A stretch of 64,000 nt of DNA, taken from assembly GCA_013265495.1 (NCBI GenBank), contig MU058213.1:6035149-6099148 (forward strand), in the 5' to 3' direction. Both the position numbers and the translations under genes were made by a program. Of this stretch, positions 14,361 through 27,240 are shown piece after piece; the stretch's first letter is position 1; each line of letters begins with the position of its first letter. The stretch comes from Vicugna vicugna. Its lineage: Eukaryota. Below the pieces are notes generated by a model. The model did no database searches, had not been told where the DNA came from, and saw only the letters and a program-made list of their open reading frames with translations.

Positions 14361-15539
14361 GTAAGTTGGAGTGCTAATGGTATAGAATTTTGAAGAAAAG
14401 TTGATAAAATGAAGTATTTTAATATGCTAGGAACTTAGTGATAATAGAGAAGTTGTCAGGTGTCCCAGTCTTATTTTTCAGTTGACGTAATAACCTTGGT
14501 TTGTAAATTGTGTCTAAAGTTCTTTCTGATTATTACTTCATTGCTTGGTAGTGATTTTCTTAGAAAAAAAATTATATAAGTGGTAGTTTATCCTCAGACT
14601 TACCTGTTACTTTCATTTATAATACTATTGTCATACTTTGACTATGAAAAATAGAAGTGGTGCTTTTAAAATACAGACAACAGAAAAGCAGTATAGCCTG
14701 AATTTAAATGGTTAATAGTGGTTATTTGAGGTATTGAATTTGCTTTTAAAATTACGTTATCTTTCATTGTAATATTACAGTTACTTTTTGTGCTGCTCAG
14801 CTTTAGTGTTTTGTTTTGGCTTACAACTGCACTAAAGAAAGTGAGGAAACAAAGCTAGAGTTGTAAAATGGAGGTTAGGGAAAGTGGTAGCAAGTAGGAA
14901 TACATGAATACATATGTGAATTTTCCCTCATATTGAGAATTATCTTCAGATACTAACAGTTACATTTTTTAAGGAAATGGTCAATCTTAAGGAAACAGTG
15001 AGCCATATATGAATATTTTTAGCTTTCAGAGTTAGCAATAAATTGGAAAAAGGATACCTTCAGTAGGTAGAGTTAGGGGCCTTGTGCAATCAGTTCTTAA
15101 ATTAGCTGTTTGCAGTTTGGATAATCATAACTTTCAGAGTACCAGTACTTTGAAATTAAGACAATTATGAAGAGAGAATTTATTCTTCTTGTTCACTCAA
15201 CAGTGTTTTCATTTTTATTTTGAAGCACTATAAATTATCTATAAGACGGTGGTTAATATAATAGGTATTAATTGAAGATTATTCAGTTAATTAAATATCA
15301 GATGACTATATGGGAAACTTTGTGTGTGTTTTCCCATGTGACACTTGCCATCCAGTAAAGCAGGAAAAAGTGACAGAGTAGCCTTTTAACCTACTAGAAT
15401 TAGTTCAACTAGAATACTTTCACCTTTAGCTTAAAAATATTCCGGTGATCAGTAAATGTCCCCTTCTCCTTATTGGTTTCTCTCAGTGGAAGGCTTTTAT
15501 CTTATTAAAAATAAATCCCAAACTTAAGTATATCAAACC

Positions 15540-15748
15540 AGTGTGGCCATTTTGTGCCCCTGGAGACATTTGGCAATATCTGCAGACATTTTTGGTTCTC
15601 ACAGTTTGGGGAGAGTGCTACTAACATCTAATGAGTAGTGGCCAGGGATGCTGCTAAACGTCCTACAGTGCGTAGGACAGCCTACTCCCACCCCCAACAA
15701 AGAACTATTCAGCCAAAAATATCAATGCCACTAAGACTGAGAAACTGA
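15540..15748 (+). mobile_element. MER20-like hAT DNA transposon relic
   Basis: ggagacatttggcaatatctgcagacatttttggtt...ggccagggatgctgctaaacgtcctacagtgcgtaggacagcc...gactgagaaactg. Confidence 0.85.
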
Positions 15749-16191
15749 GATAAACTGTTTGCAAATGAACAGAGGTTCCTCCCTCCCCTGTTTGATGTTG
15801 AGGCAAGTATATTTCTTTAAGCATCCAAAGTACAGTGTCCCCTGTAGGCTAACAGGTACTATTTGTGTTTCAGGACTCAGCCTGCCACACTGCATTGTAT
15901 ATCATAGTTTGTCCTCTCATTCTGTATCACATTTAAAGAATCTCTTCTTTTCAGGTCTAATTATTGTGACTGTGCTTTGGACAGGTTTACTCCCATTTCT
16001 CAAATTTTACATAATCATTTAACAGTCAGTTTAAAATATAACTCATAAGTCAGCATCTGCCTGAAATTTCTTTTAGTTTCTACTTCAGAAACTTTAATTT
16101 TTATTAAAAGGCACTGATGAATATTTTTAAAAAGTTTGGAAAACATACAAGAAGGCATGTGAAAAATTAAAGGAGATACTGAAAATTATAG

Positions 16192-16410
16192 CTAATGTTT
16201 ATTAAATGACTACTATTTGTAAAGCATCATATAGAGTACTTTATATACGTGATCTCTGTTCATCCTGAAAACAGTTCTGTGAAGGAAATTCTGTACTTTC
16301 CCACTTCTACAGATGAGGAAATAGAGAGTAGTTAAGTAGTTTATCCTTGATCATACTGTCAGTGGTGAAATCAGCATTGCTATCCAAGCAGTCTGACTCT
16401 AGAATCCATG
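16192..16410 (-). mobile_element. MIR relic
   Basis: tacagatgaggaaatagagag..gttaagtagtttatcc...agcagtctgactctagaatcc. Confidence 0.72.
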
Positions 16411-16811
16411 GTGTAGCAAAGAAAGTACAATTTTGTAATACTGTTATAACAGCCTGTAACGATGTGTATGAACACAACAGAGGGACTTTTACTTTTCCTC
16501 TTTCTTTGTGGTAGATCAGAAAACTTACATAATCATTACCCCCCAAAACTATGATAATCATCTGAATTATTAGAATATGCATATATATGTATTGGGCTTT
16601 TAAAAATGCAGTAACATGTCATTTTAATAACGTCATTTTAATGTTGCAGTTTAACTTTATGAAAGCTCTTTTTTGTTTACTATATATCATTACTTATTGG
16701 AGGGTTTGTATTTTAAAAGTTGGCTTTAATAATTATCTTAAAAATGTTAGCTTGGTTTAAAATATAACCCATTACTTAATTTGTTTTGAAATAACATTTT
16801 GTATTTTTTAG

Positions 16812-17006
16812 AACCTACTGTAGTACCAACCACTTCTGCAAGAATGGAATCACAAACCACAAGCGCTTCCATTAATAATACAAATCCATCTACCTCTGAG
16901 CAGGCCTCTGATACTGCTTCAGCTGTCACTGGTAGCCAACCCTCCACAGTGTCAGAGACTTCAGCTACTCTTACAAGCAACAGTATGACTGGTATTTCTA
17001 CAGGAG
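16812..17006 (+). CDS. RNF111: RNF111 exon 5 (195 nt), Ser/Thr-rich
   Basis: Acceptor tatttttttag|AA; translates (E)PTVVPTTSARMESQTTSAS...NSMTGISTG; donor G|GTATGT. Confidence 0.95.
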
Positions 17007-17146
17007 GTATGTAAAAAGAAGATGGGCTAGGAGGGACTCTCTGTTAGAAAAAAATGTTGTTTTTAAGATTTTTAGCTATGTTAGCAAGAGCCTAAGTTAC
17101 CAAAGTATCATAGTTCAGCTGAAAGAGATGGGGAGAATTGAATGGC

Positions 17147-17720
17147 TGACACCAAAAATACGAGCAACAAAAGAAAAATAGAGGTAGATTGGACTTCATC
17201 AAAATTTAAAACTTTTGTACATCAAAGCAAATTATAAGAAAATGAAAAGAGCCTACAGAGTGGGACAAAAATATTTGAAAATCATGTATTTGATAAGGGT
17301 CTAGTATCTAGAATATGTAAAGAACTTGCAAAACACAACAATAAGGACAAACAACATAGTTTTAAAATGGGCAAAGAGTTTACATAGGTACTCTTCCAGA
17401 GAAGATGTACAAATGACCAAGAAGCATGTGAATAGCACACTTATTAGGGAAATGCAAATCAAAACCACAATGAAATTCCACTCTATACCCACCAGAATGT
17501 CTATAATCAAATGAAGCAAAACAGAAAGAACAGGAAATCAGAAGATAACCAGGGCTGACAAAGGTACAGAGGAGCTGGAACTTTTGTGACTATCTGATAG
17601 GAATGTAAAATGGTGTAGTTGCTATGGAAAATATTTTGATGGTGCCTTAAAAACTTAGAGTTACCATATGACCCACAGTTCCACTCCTAAGTACATATCC
17701 AAAAGAACTGAAAATAGGGA
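17147..17720 (+). mobile_element. L1 ORF2 C-terminal fragment (decayed)
   Basis: ORF-track peptide KWAKSLHRYSSREDVQMTKKH...LIREMQIKTTMKFH matches L1 ORF2p C-terminal motifs. Confidence 0.88.
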
Positions 17721-17875
17721 TGGAAGTTTTAACAAGTTTGGTGGTGTCCATTTTCCCAGTTTTTTTGGTTGTTTATTCTTTTGATATCATATCTAAGAAA
17801 CTGTTGCCTCACCTAAGATCACAAAGATTTACTCCTATGTTTTCTTTTCAGAATTTTAAAGTTTTAGCTCTTACC
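17721..17875 (-). mobile_element. L1 ORF2 fragment in opposite orientation, abutting the previous one
   Basis: Reverse complement taagagctaaaactttaaaattctgaaaagaaaacataggagtaaatctttgtgatcttagg is L1 ORF2-like. Confidence 0.75.
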
Positions 17876-20800
17876 TCAGATTATTTCTTATGTTTCATTT
17901 GGCAGTGATATCTCTGGTTCTTTTCTGTCAGCAGTTTAACTGGGCCTTAAACTAGCCTTCTTTCTCTACTGGACACTAGCACAGAGATGGGAACTGGCTG
18001 TTTACTAACAGGGACATCTTAGACCCTATAGCTCGTAGGTTGACTTTATCACCAATAATAATAATCATCATCATCACCATTAATAATGAAACCACTATAT
18101 ATTTTTCTGTCATTTTTTTGCTTTTAATAAGATCACATTTAATTCTTATAATATCCTTATGATTTACATAGAACAGACTGGAAAATGCTTGTGTCTGGAT
18201 TAGACCTCCCTTCCCTGGAAAATTGAGGACAGTATCCAAGGAGATTTCCCAGAGGTGTCTTTTAAATACATTCTTTGGGGGAAAAAATGTAGGCACAAGT
18301 GAATGGGCTAACTTTTATTTCATTTATTGAGTGCATACTTTATCCCCAGTAATTTACTGAATGTTTTATATGTTATTTTATGTTTTATCATTTAATCTTT
18401 AAAATCTTTCTTGATGTCAATATTACCCTTCCCATTTCAGATTTGAAGAAATCTGGGAAGTTAAGTACTTTCAAGGTTAATAGTCTTAGAGGCAAAGATT
18501 TGAACTCTTCTCATTCACACTTTTCTCCTGGTAGCTCTTTGTACCGTATGCTCTTTGTACCTTTTATCTAGATATGATGTGACACAGTCCCAACTTTATT
18601 TCAGGCAGTCTCAAAGCTTTTGTTTATTTCTTTTTTTAGCACCCTTAGAATTCACATTTAATCTATTAAGTAGCAGCTTCACTGCCTGAGTGGCCTTGTC
18701 ATGATGTTATTCTATATATTAATGACCACCTTTGGGATGGACTTGCTCGTGCTGTATTTCTCTAGAGTAGGAGAACCTTGTTCCAGGCCAAATTGTTCCT
18801 CTGTATAAACCTGATAGAAGCACATCAGGGGCACCAGAGAAATTATCAATTTCTAGTGGACACTCTGTGGACTTTTAATTTTAATAAAAAGGCAGTGTTT
18901 TATTTACTTAATCAGGTATCTTTGTATTTCACCTCTATGGCAGTTTTCTTTGGTCACTAACTCTTGAACAGGTGGAGATTCAGTTGTCTTTACTTTGGAT
19001 TGCTACCCTGTTTGAGCAACACAGAGGTTCTGGACTGTAGGAAAATAGGTATTAATTTAATTAGAAGCCAAAACTGTACCCTAAGAAGCAGAGCTATAAT
19101 ATAAGGCCAGTCTTCTTTTTGAGGCCACAGTGTTAATCATCTAACCCCTTAAATATGTGTTCAGCCTTAAAGATATTTATAATATTATAGTCATTGTGCT
19201 TTGTATTTGAAATAATTGAAGACAAAGAGGGCAAGTTCTTCCTAAACAGAAAAATGTCAGATCTTTCATTTCAGTCGTGGTCCTAGCAGTCCACGTAGCT
19301 CTTGCTCTGGGTACGGACTCTTCTCCTGAGTCTTAGAGTTACACATAATCCTCAAATAACTGGATTTGTAAAACTAAAGTATCACTGTTGGAAGGAACCA
19401 TGAAGGTCATTTATTCTATCCACTGGATGGATTTAGTGTCCCAAAGGTTTTCAGTCTTCTTTTCTGAAGTAACACACAATAAATGATAATATTTACTTGT
19501 ATAACACTTTGATATGGGGACAGAGATACAACCCTGAAAATGTTGTAGGAAGTTCCTGTAATAATGTTATTTCTACAGATATTACAGCCTATAGGAAATA
19601 GCTACTTAATGTTTGATTCAGCATAGCTAAGATAGGCTATTGATCATTCCTGATATGCTAGCTGTAACTGTCCAGGTTATTCAAGAAATTTGGAATAAAA
19701 TGAATGAAAGTGACATAATTATAGAACTATGTACCTACTATAATTTATAAGTAAACAACTTACTGACTTTTTTTTTGTTACAAATTACTTGTAATATTTA
19801 ACCTCTCAACTGATGCTAATAAGGTAGTACTAATTCCAGGAGGCAATTAGAGATTAGTAAAAATTTGTACAATTTTTTTCTAAGTTCAGAGACTCCCAAG
19901 TTAAGAACCTTTACAAAACGGTTCAGGAAATTAGCCTAAATAGGCCAGACTAGGACCTTGGAAAAACAAAAAAATATACAGAGATTTAGAGTAGAGGTAG
20001 TGCCTTAGTCGGGTTTAGATCACAGACCTTGCCCAGAAGAGAATCAGCAAAGGCAAGATAGGGCCAGGATGGGAGGGCAGACCCAGGAGCACTAGCGGGG
20101 AGGTGAACTGCAATAGATCCATCACCCAGAGCCTAAACATCCCCACCACATTCATTTATGTGAGCTTATAAATTCCATTTATTGTTTCAGCCAGTTTTGA
20201 TTGGATTTTTGTATTATTTGTAAACAACCAGAAGATTCGTAATTCCAGCAGAAATTAGCTACTAGTACTGCGAGCCAAACAGGAGCAGGGTATCTCTGGT
20301 ATTGGTTACTCTAGAAGTAAGGCTAGGACAGTGGTACTCCAGACTTCTGAGGAGATGCCTCAGGGGTCACATTGGGGTAGGGGAAGGGAAGGACAGGGCT
20401 TTGAGTGTTCTACTCTTCTAATTTTTATTTTTTGAAGTAAAAAATTTTGACTCCATTTTTATCCATTTTATATAGCTTCCACATAATATGTGGTTTGAGG
20501 AAAGGGTGCTGTTTTTTTAGAGGAGTTTGAAACATTAGGATAGACCTTCTGGGGCACTTGCTGTTCTGCTGTCGTGGAAGAGCATACCTCCAGAATAACT
20601 CTGGGCAGGTGGCAGAGTGCATAGTAAGGACTCACGTGTTTCATACATGGAAGATTATCATCTTTTCTAACAACAACCGTACAAGGCAATTATTGTTACA
20701 TTTAATAGGTGAAAAAGAGCTTAAATAACTTTCCTGAGGTCACATTGCTCAGGACTACTAGAAAGGCTCAGGATTAGAAAGGCTCAAGATTAGAACTCAG

Positions 20801-21483
20801 GTCCATCTGACTGCATGCTTTTTTCCCCACTGCTCAACATGAGTCACTTTATTATTAAAAGAGACCTTTAATTTTCCACGTAGTAGAGTCTTACCATTTC
20901 TTATGTTCTGTTGGGTCTGAGTTTAGAGGCCAGAAGAAGGGAAAAGAACATTGGAAGTTCGTGAGACTTACTTAGGCAGATATGCTCTGAGATGGGTGGT
21001 TATGTCTTAAGAAGATAAGATTTTACCACCTGCATTAGTAGGTGGGCATTATGGAGGGATGATTTTATAGTATTAGAGGCTCATGAAGCTCAGGAGCAGA
21101 ACCTTGCCTTTGTTACATATAATGGAAGGACCCGCATAGTTTTTTAGAGTTTTTAAAATGCAGTTTAAAATTAGTCATTTATTATGACCTAGGAAAAGGT
21201 GAACTATTGCCACATTTAAACGTTGTGATAAATATAAGCCTCTTGGAGAATTTAGGCTTTAAGGAAAATCCCAGTGAACATCACTGTCTGAAATTTTATG
21301 ATACGTGTATTAAGAATGTGGCTATTTCACATCATTAGTTACAGACATTTGAATTTACTAAACATTTCTTATTTACTTATTTATGCACATATACACATTT
21401 AAACGTATATATGAAATATATACTTATTTTTTACACAGTGATATTTGATCATTTGATTATTCAGTGCGTTTTTTCATTTCAAG

Positions 21484-21803
21484 ATGACTCGAGGAGAACT
21501 GCATCTAGTGCTGTAACGGAAACTGGCCCTCCTGCAATGCCAAGGTTACCTTCCTGCTGTCCCCAGCACTCACCGTGTGGAGGGTCGTCACAGAATCACC
21601 ACGCGTTAGGACATCCACACACAAGTTGCTTTCAGCAGCATGGCCACCATTTTCAGCATCATCACCACCATCACCATACTCCCCACCCAGCTGTCCCAGT
21701 TTCTCCTTCCTTTAGTGATCCTACTTGCCCTGTGGAAAGACCTCCACAAGTACAAGCACCTTGTGGAGCAAATACTAGCTCTGGCACCAGCTACCATGAC
21801 CAG
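21484..21803 (+). CDS. RNF111: RNF111 exon 6 (320 nt), His/Pro-rich with His7 tract
   Basis: Acceptor ttcatttcaag|AT; translates (D)[29 protein letters not shown]...[12 protein letters not shown]...GTSYHDQ; donor CAG|GTATGT. Confidence 0.96.
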
Positions 21804-24675
21804 GTATGTGGAAATTGATGAGTTCTTAATTTTTTTAAATTGTGATTCTTTCAGGAGGAAAAAAATAAAACCCTAATGGTAAATTTTATATAATAGGTAA
21901 GTCATTCTTGTTGCCCATGCAAAAGTGGCCTCATTTAGTGATCTCTGACTTTTTAAGAAAATTAAGTATCTAGGATTTTCTGATGGTGTATTTATTTCAA
22001 CTAATTGAGGGGGCCAGGGATGTGGAAAATCAGAAGTGGTATTATTTTTTATTCTGGAATGGTTTTTGCTGTTTTTAGTTAAATACACATGTCATTAGGA
22101 TTTTATTTTAAGCAAAAAGTTGAAACTGCAGTGTCAAACTAATTCATGAGAAATTGGGAGATTCTCCTAGTTTTTTCTCCTCTGTCTCTTATTCTGGAGC
22201 CTCCCTATAATTTCCACTCATCTAGAAATTAACAGCCTTCTCAGATGCAAACCTATGACATAGTTTCTCAGGAAAAGATGAGGTTTTTAGTTTATTATTA
22301 GTGCTTGAAATGTCAGGTCATATTAAATTAGTATTGGTGATCACATGGAGTACAGAAAGTGAGGTATTATGTGTTATACTAACTTTTGCTCTGTTGTCTC
22401 TGTGTATAATTGTGATATAAACCTAGGTGGTCCGTTTTTTAAAAAAATAAAACATGATAATTTGCAAGTAAAACTGTAGCTGACATATATGCTAAAAAAA
22501 AGTGTGCTGGAAAAAAATCAAAAAGAAATTTGGAAAAAAAAAACAGGCACAATTAAAAAGAAATTTGGAGGAACTGCTTTACTGGACCCTCTGACCTTTC
22601 CTAAATTACTTGCTTCATCTGAAAAAATTTTGAGTGATTATAGGCAGAATCTCTTCTTGTTTTGTGTAAAATAGAAATGTAACCTAATCACTTATCTCTA
22701 AGTAGAGGTATTTGGGTACAAGAATTATCAGCAGGATCAGGCATTTGGTGGTGATAATGGGTATGAAGAACAAAGAGTGAGGTTTCGGAGATGTGAACAG
22801 TTTGAGATTTATATAGATATTTCTAGGACTCTGAAATTGGCCACATTCTCTTGAGATCACCTCACACAGTTTCCAGTTGAGACTGTGGACATAGCAGGAA
22901 GTTGAGGAAAAGCAAACTGATCTGAGGATTTATAAGTGTTGGTGCTTATGATTGAGTCAGACTGGAGATAGGCAGAGAAAGATTGGGAAGGATTAGGCTT
23001 GGCAACAGAGGAATTGCAGTGGTCATCTGACTCTCTATAGCCTACTACACCTTTGGATATAGCTTTCTCTTTTGAGAGACTAGTTTAATTAGTGTTATGC
23101 ATGACTTAAAATCTACGTAAAGTAATATTTGCCATCTTGCTTATCCTCCTTTTTCCTTCTAGAATAAGAATTGAATGAACTGTTGGAATTGTGAAGAAGA
23201 GAGTTCTCTTTGTTAGTTTTTCCCCTTTTCTTTTTATTCTCTTCTTTTAACTTTACCCTTGGTTCCTTCTAGGAGGACCTTCACCCTACTTTACTCACTC
23301 TCTGGGAGTGTTCTTAATACTGACTGGAGAAGAAGATAGGAAATTTGTTCACCTTCATAGTATGTTGATATTCCAGTCCATTTGCCAAATTTTAGCCTAA
23401 ATAGGAAAGAACAAAAAGAATTTGAAGCATAAGTAATAATTCACAATCTTAAAGTATTATTCTTAAACCTTATTTACCCAGAATGAGGGCATACATTGTA
23501 TGTGCCAACTCAAAAGAAAGAGGCCAGATATTTACTTACTTGATTGTAGACACATAATATAGAAGAGGAAAGTAGCTCTTCCTTTTCACCTTCCCAAGCT
23601 TCTCCTGTACCACCACTCCCCTTCCCTTTTAGCAGCCAGACTTAGCTTTTGTTTCTCTATCCTCTGAGCTGGGAGCCCATTGAAAGTACAAAGACCATTA
23701 TGGTTCCTCACTGGACTCTCTTGTGTAACCTGGCCTTCTAATAAATGCATTACCTAGCTTTCTTCACCTCCAGCCCCTCAGCCTCCAGTATTGAACAGTT
23801 CCTGTATATGATTCCATAAGTAACATTTTTAAAATTATAGCTACACTGAACACTAAACAAAGGCTTGTATTTAAAATACTTAAGAATATAATGAAGCAAT
23901 CCTGTTTCTATAATCTGCTCTGGAATAGAAGGTAAAGTCTTTTACTTAGGAGTTTTTGAAGTCCTCTGGGGAAAAAGCTTAATTACTTTTGAGTAGAAAC
24001 AGAATCTAGACTCTGGTTTATTTTCCATCTTAGTAAATGGGTCTTCCTAAAATCATATAATCGTATTCCTAATAAAAGAAATCATGGTTTAATCCCCCCC
24101 CTTTTTTTTGACAAGTGAGAAAGGTTATGAGGCAAAGCTAGCTCATGGTTTGAATAATCTTAGGCCCGTTGTTATCTTGGATAATATTTGCACTATTAAA
24201 GTTTCAGTTGAATGCTTGCTATGTACAGTTTAAAAACGGGACAGACAGGTTTTACCTGGAACCTTAATGTTTTCAGTGGTATAATTATGTTTTCCAAAGG
24301 AGTTGTAAATTACCAGTCAGAATTTTGGGGTAAAGGAGAATATGGAAGTATGGTTTTCAAGTTTTTCTTTCTAAGATCTAGATAATGGAAGAGAAACACA
24401 TCTTAAAATAATATATTAACTTTTGTTCATCTTACAGCATGATCTCATGCTTAATTTAAAAAAATTAAATCTCTAATTTATTACAATAATATAATAATTT
24501 TTACAATTCAAGATACACATAGTATTTTCTTGGTGCTCAGTAGGTCTTCACACAAAATTTTTACCAATTTTAAATTCATAGGTTCTGATTGTATTAGGAG
24601 TATTTTTGAAATGTAACATGAAACAATGTTTTGACCAAACGTTAGAAAGATAAAGTATAGTTCCTCTTTATACAG

Positions 24676-24934
24676 CAGGCATTGCCAGTAGACCTGAGCA
24701 ACAGTGGTATCAGAAGTCATGGAAGTGGTGGTTTTCATGGAGCATCTGCATTTGACCCCTGCTGCCCTGTTTCTTCTTCCCGAGCTGCAATCTTTGGCCA
24801 TCAGGCTGCTGCTGCTGCCCCGAGTCAGCCGCTGTCAATAGATGGTTATGGATCAAGCATGGTTGCGCAGCCCCAGCCCCAGCCCCCTCCACAAGCCTCA
24901 CTGTCATCATGTCGACATTATATGCCACCTCCTT
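24676..24934 (+). CDS. RNF111: RNF111 exon 7 (259 nt; NAGNAG acceptor, alternative start 24679)
   Basis: Acceptor tttatacag|cag|GCA; translates [30 protein letters not shown]...[10 protein letters not shown]; donor T|GTAAGT. Confidence 0.94.
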
Positions 24935-25469
24935 GTAAGTATAAATAACAGGCGAAGAACTTAGAGGGATATAAATGAAGCACTGTATTCTCCTCCATGA
25001 AATAATCTTTCAATAATCCTAATTTATAAATTTTTATTATTTCCTTGGCCTAAGAGTGGGGTGTATTTTCCCATTTCATCCTTCCTTTACCTCACATACC
25101 CAAAACAGTCTTCTAAATAAAAAGAGCATATGTTATTTTAAAAGGTCATGAAAATAATAAAAAAAAATCAGTTTGTCTATTTTACATTTTAACATCTACA
25201 CTTTAATATCTATGAACTCAAAGTACATTGAATAGCACCTTGGATTTCTAAAAAGGAAATTTTAAGGAATTTACATTTATCCTTTAGGAGTAAAAGGAAA
25301 TCTGAATATTTGGTAGCTGTTTCTATGCATAGGAAAGTAAATTTTGACTAAGAATGGTGAAGCTTAACTGAGGCAAAAGAGAAAATACCTTGATAGAAAG
25401 CTTGCCATTTGCAGAAAGGTTTCTATACTCATTTGATGCAAGCATTCTATTCTAAAATAGAATCAGACA

Positions 25470-25599
25470 AGGGGGCAGCTGGGTATAGCTCAGTGGTAGA
25501 GCTCATGCTTAGCATGCACGAGGTCCTGAGTTCAGTTCCCAGTACCTCCATTAAAAGCAAAACAAAAAAAATGTTGGAAGGAAAAAAAAAAAAAGGAAG
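25470..25599 (+). mobile_element. tRNA-derived SINE with 17-bp target-site duplication
   Basis: gggtatagctcagtggtagagc...gaggtcctgagttcagttcccagtacctcca plus A tail. TSD taaaatagaatcagaca (25453-25469) / taaaatggaatcagaca (25600-25616). Confidence 0.92.
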
Positions 25600-26330
25600 T
25601 AAAATGGAATCAGACATAGCTTTTCTAAAGAAATTGAAATCTATGAGATACCATAAGAAATGAGAAATACCCTTAGTCTGTGTAACAAATATTTATTTAC
25701 TACTCTGTTAAATCATAGGCTAATAATAAAATAGAAACCTATTAAATACTTTGGTTTAAAAAAAAACACTGAAAATTCATGTCAGAAGTAAACTAGGAAG
25801 TTGGCAAGGAAATTTACTTTGTTCTGATTACATGCAAGGGATAATTTTCAGTTATGTATCTTAGATTTCTTCTTCTACTATAATCTTTAAAATCTGAGTC
25901 CTACGTACACAGCTAGAGTCAATCCAGAATTTGTACAGTGAAACCTGGTGATATATCATTTATCTTTTCAATAATGGAACTTAGAATTTAAAGTGTAAGG
26001 TAAAAAGCAGGTTTTGAAGCAGAGTTAGTTTTTGCAAATCATTGACCATTGGGCAAATTCTTTCTGTGAACACTGGTAAGATGTACAAGCTATTCTGTAT
26101 TAGTTGTTGGTATTCATCTTTAATTGATCATTGTTTATTGGAAACTCAAAACAGGTGGTTTTCTGCTCCTCCCCTTTAAAAATAATAAATTAAAGCAATT
26201 TGTGAGTGTATCCATTCCTTTTTTAGTCCTAATAAAAAATAAACATTTTAGATTTAAACTTTTTTACTTTTATCATAAAAACAACTTATGTACATCCTAA
26301 GCAATTGAAACTGCAGAATGATATGAGAAA

Positions 26331-26517
26331 AAAATTTTTAATTGAAGTTAAGTCAATTACAATGTGTCAGTTTCTGGTTTGCAGCACAATATCTCAGTCA
26401 TGCATATACATACGTATATTCATTTCCATATTTTTTCATTAAAGGTTATTGCAGGATATTGAACCTAATTCACTGTGCTATACAGCAGAAACCTTTTTTA
26501 AAATCTGTTTTTATAAA
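26331..26517 (-). mobile_element. Short L1 3'-end insert
   Basis: tttttaattgaagt...tacaatgtgtcagtttctgg...tgtgctatacag, typical of an L1 3' terminus; flanked by atgagaaa repeats. Confidence 0.8.
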
Positions 26518-27064
26518 ATGAGAAATTAAAAACCCTTCTCTCTTCCCACTAATCCTAATACCTCAGAGGTAGCAACTGTTTATAGCTTATTATATACCTT
26601 TCAGAAATCTTCTTTGTACACACAGAAGTATATATATATATGTCTCTTTGAAAAAATGGGATCATATGAAACGTTGTATTTGCCTCTTGCTTTTTCATTT
26701 TTTGATTTTTGGGTTTTTTAATTTAATAATACATCTTAGATTTTTTTTTTCCATATTAGCCCCTAAAAATCTAGCTCATTGTTTTTAATACTATCATCAT
26801 ATTCCATTATATATTAAATTACTCCTCTGTTGATGGACATTTAAATTGTTTGTAGTCTGTCTGTAGGATAACTTCCTGGGAGTGAAATTGCTAGGTTTAA
26901 ATGACATGTTGAACTTTTTAGGAAGCAAGGTCAAGGACTTTTTTTTTTAACTGGCAAGAACACATGAAATAGAGAAGGGAAATGGTATGAGAATGCAGAA
27001 TATGTCACCTTTGTACAGTGCTTAGTAATTGCTTTGTTTAGATAAACAATGAGTTATAATGATG

Positions 27065-27240
27065 GCTGAAATTTTCACCACACACACAAAAAAGTGGTGA
27101 CTATGTGAGGTGATGTTAATTAACCTGAGTGTGCTAATCATTTTACATAGTATACAAATGTCAAATCATCATATGGTACACTTAAAATTTTTAGTTATAT
27201 TTATTAATTATACCTCAGTAAAGCTGAAAAAGAAATAAAA
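27065..27240 (+). mobile_element. L1MA-type 3' end
   Basis: gtgactatgtgaggtgatgttaattaacc...aatcattttaca...tatacctcagtaaagctgaaaaa. Confidence 0.75.

Noticed and set aside
20747..20801. Three near-tandem ~16-bp units (tagaaaggctcaggat)
   Set aside because: Local slippage inside a MIR relic; no spacers, so not CRISPR-like, and no sign of function.
21657..21677. His7 tract as a possible repeat expansion
   Set aside because: Mixed CAT/CAC codons and a known feature of Arkadia; not unusual.
21411..21818. ORF-track proteins extending beyond exon borders (also 11008, 28822, 38066, 57430, 59097)
   Set aside because: Read-through of real exons into intron sequence; splice sites and phase continuity define shorter exons.
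25480..25552. tRNA-like sequence with A and B boxes (also at the other SINE heads)
   Set aside because: Followed by A-rich tails, flanked by TSDs and present as several diverged copies: SINE heads, not tRNA genes.
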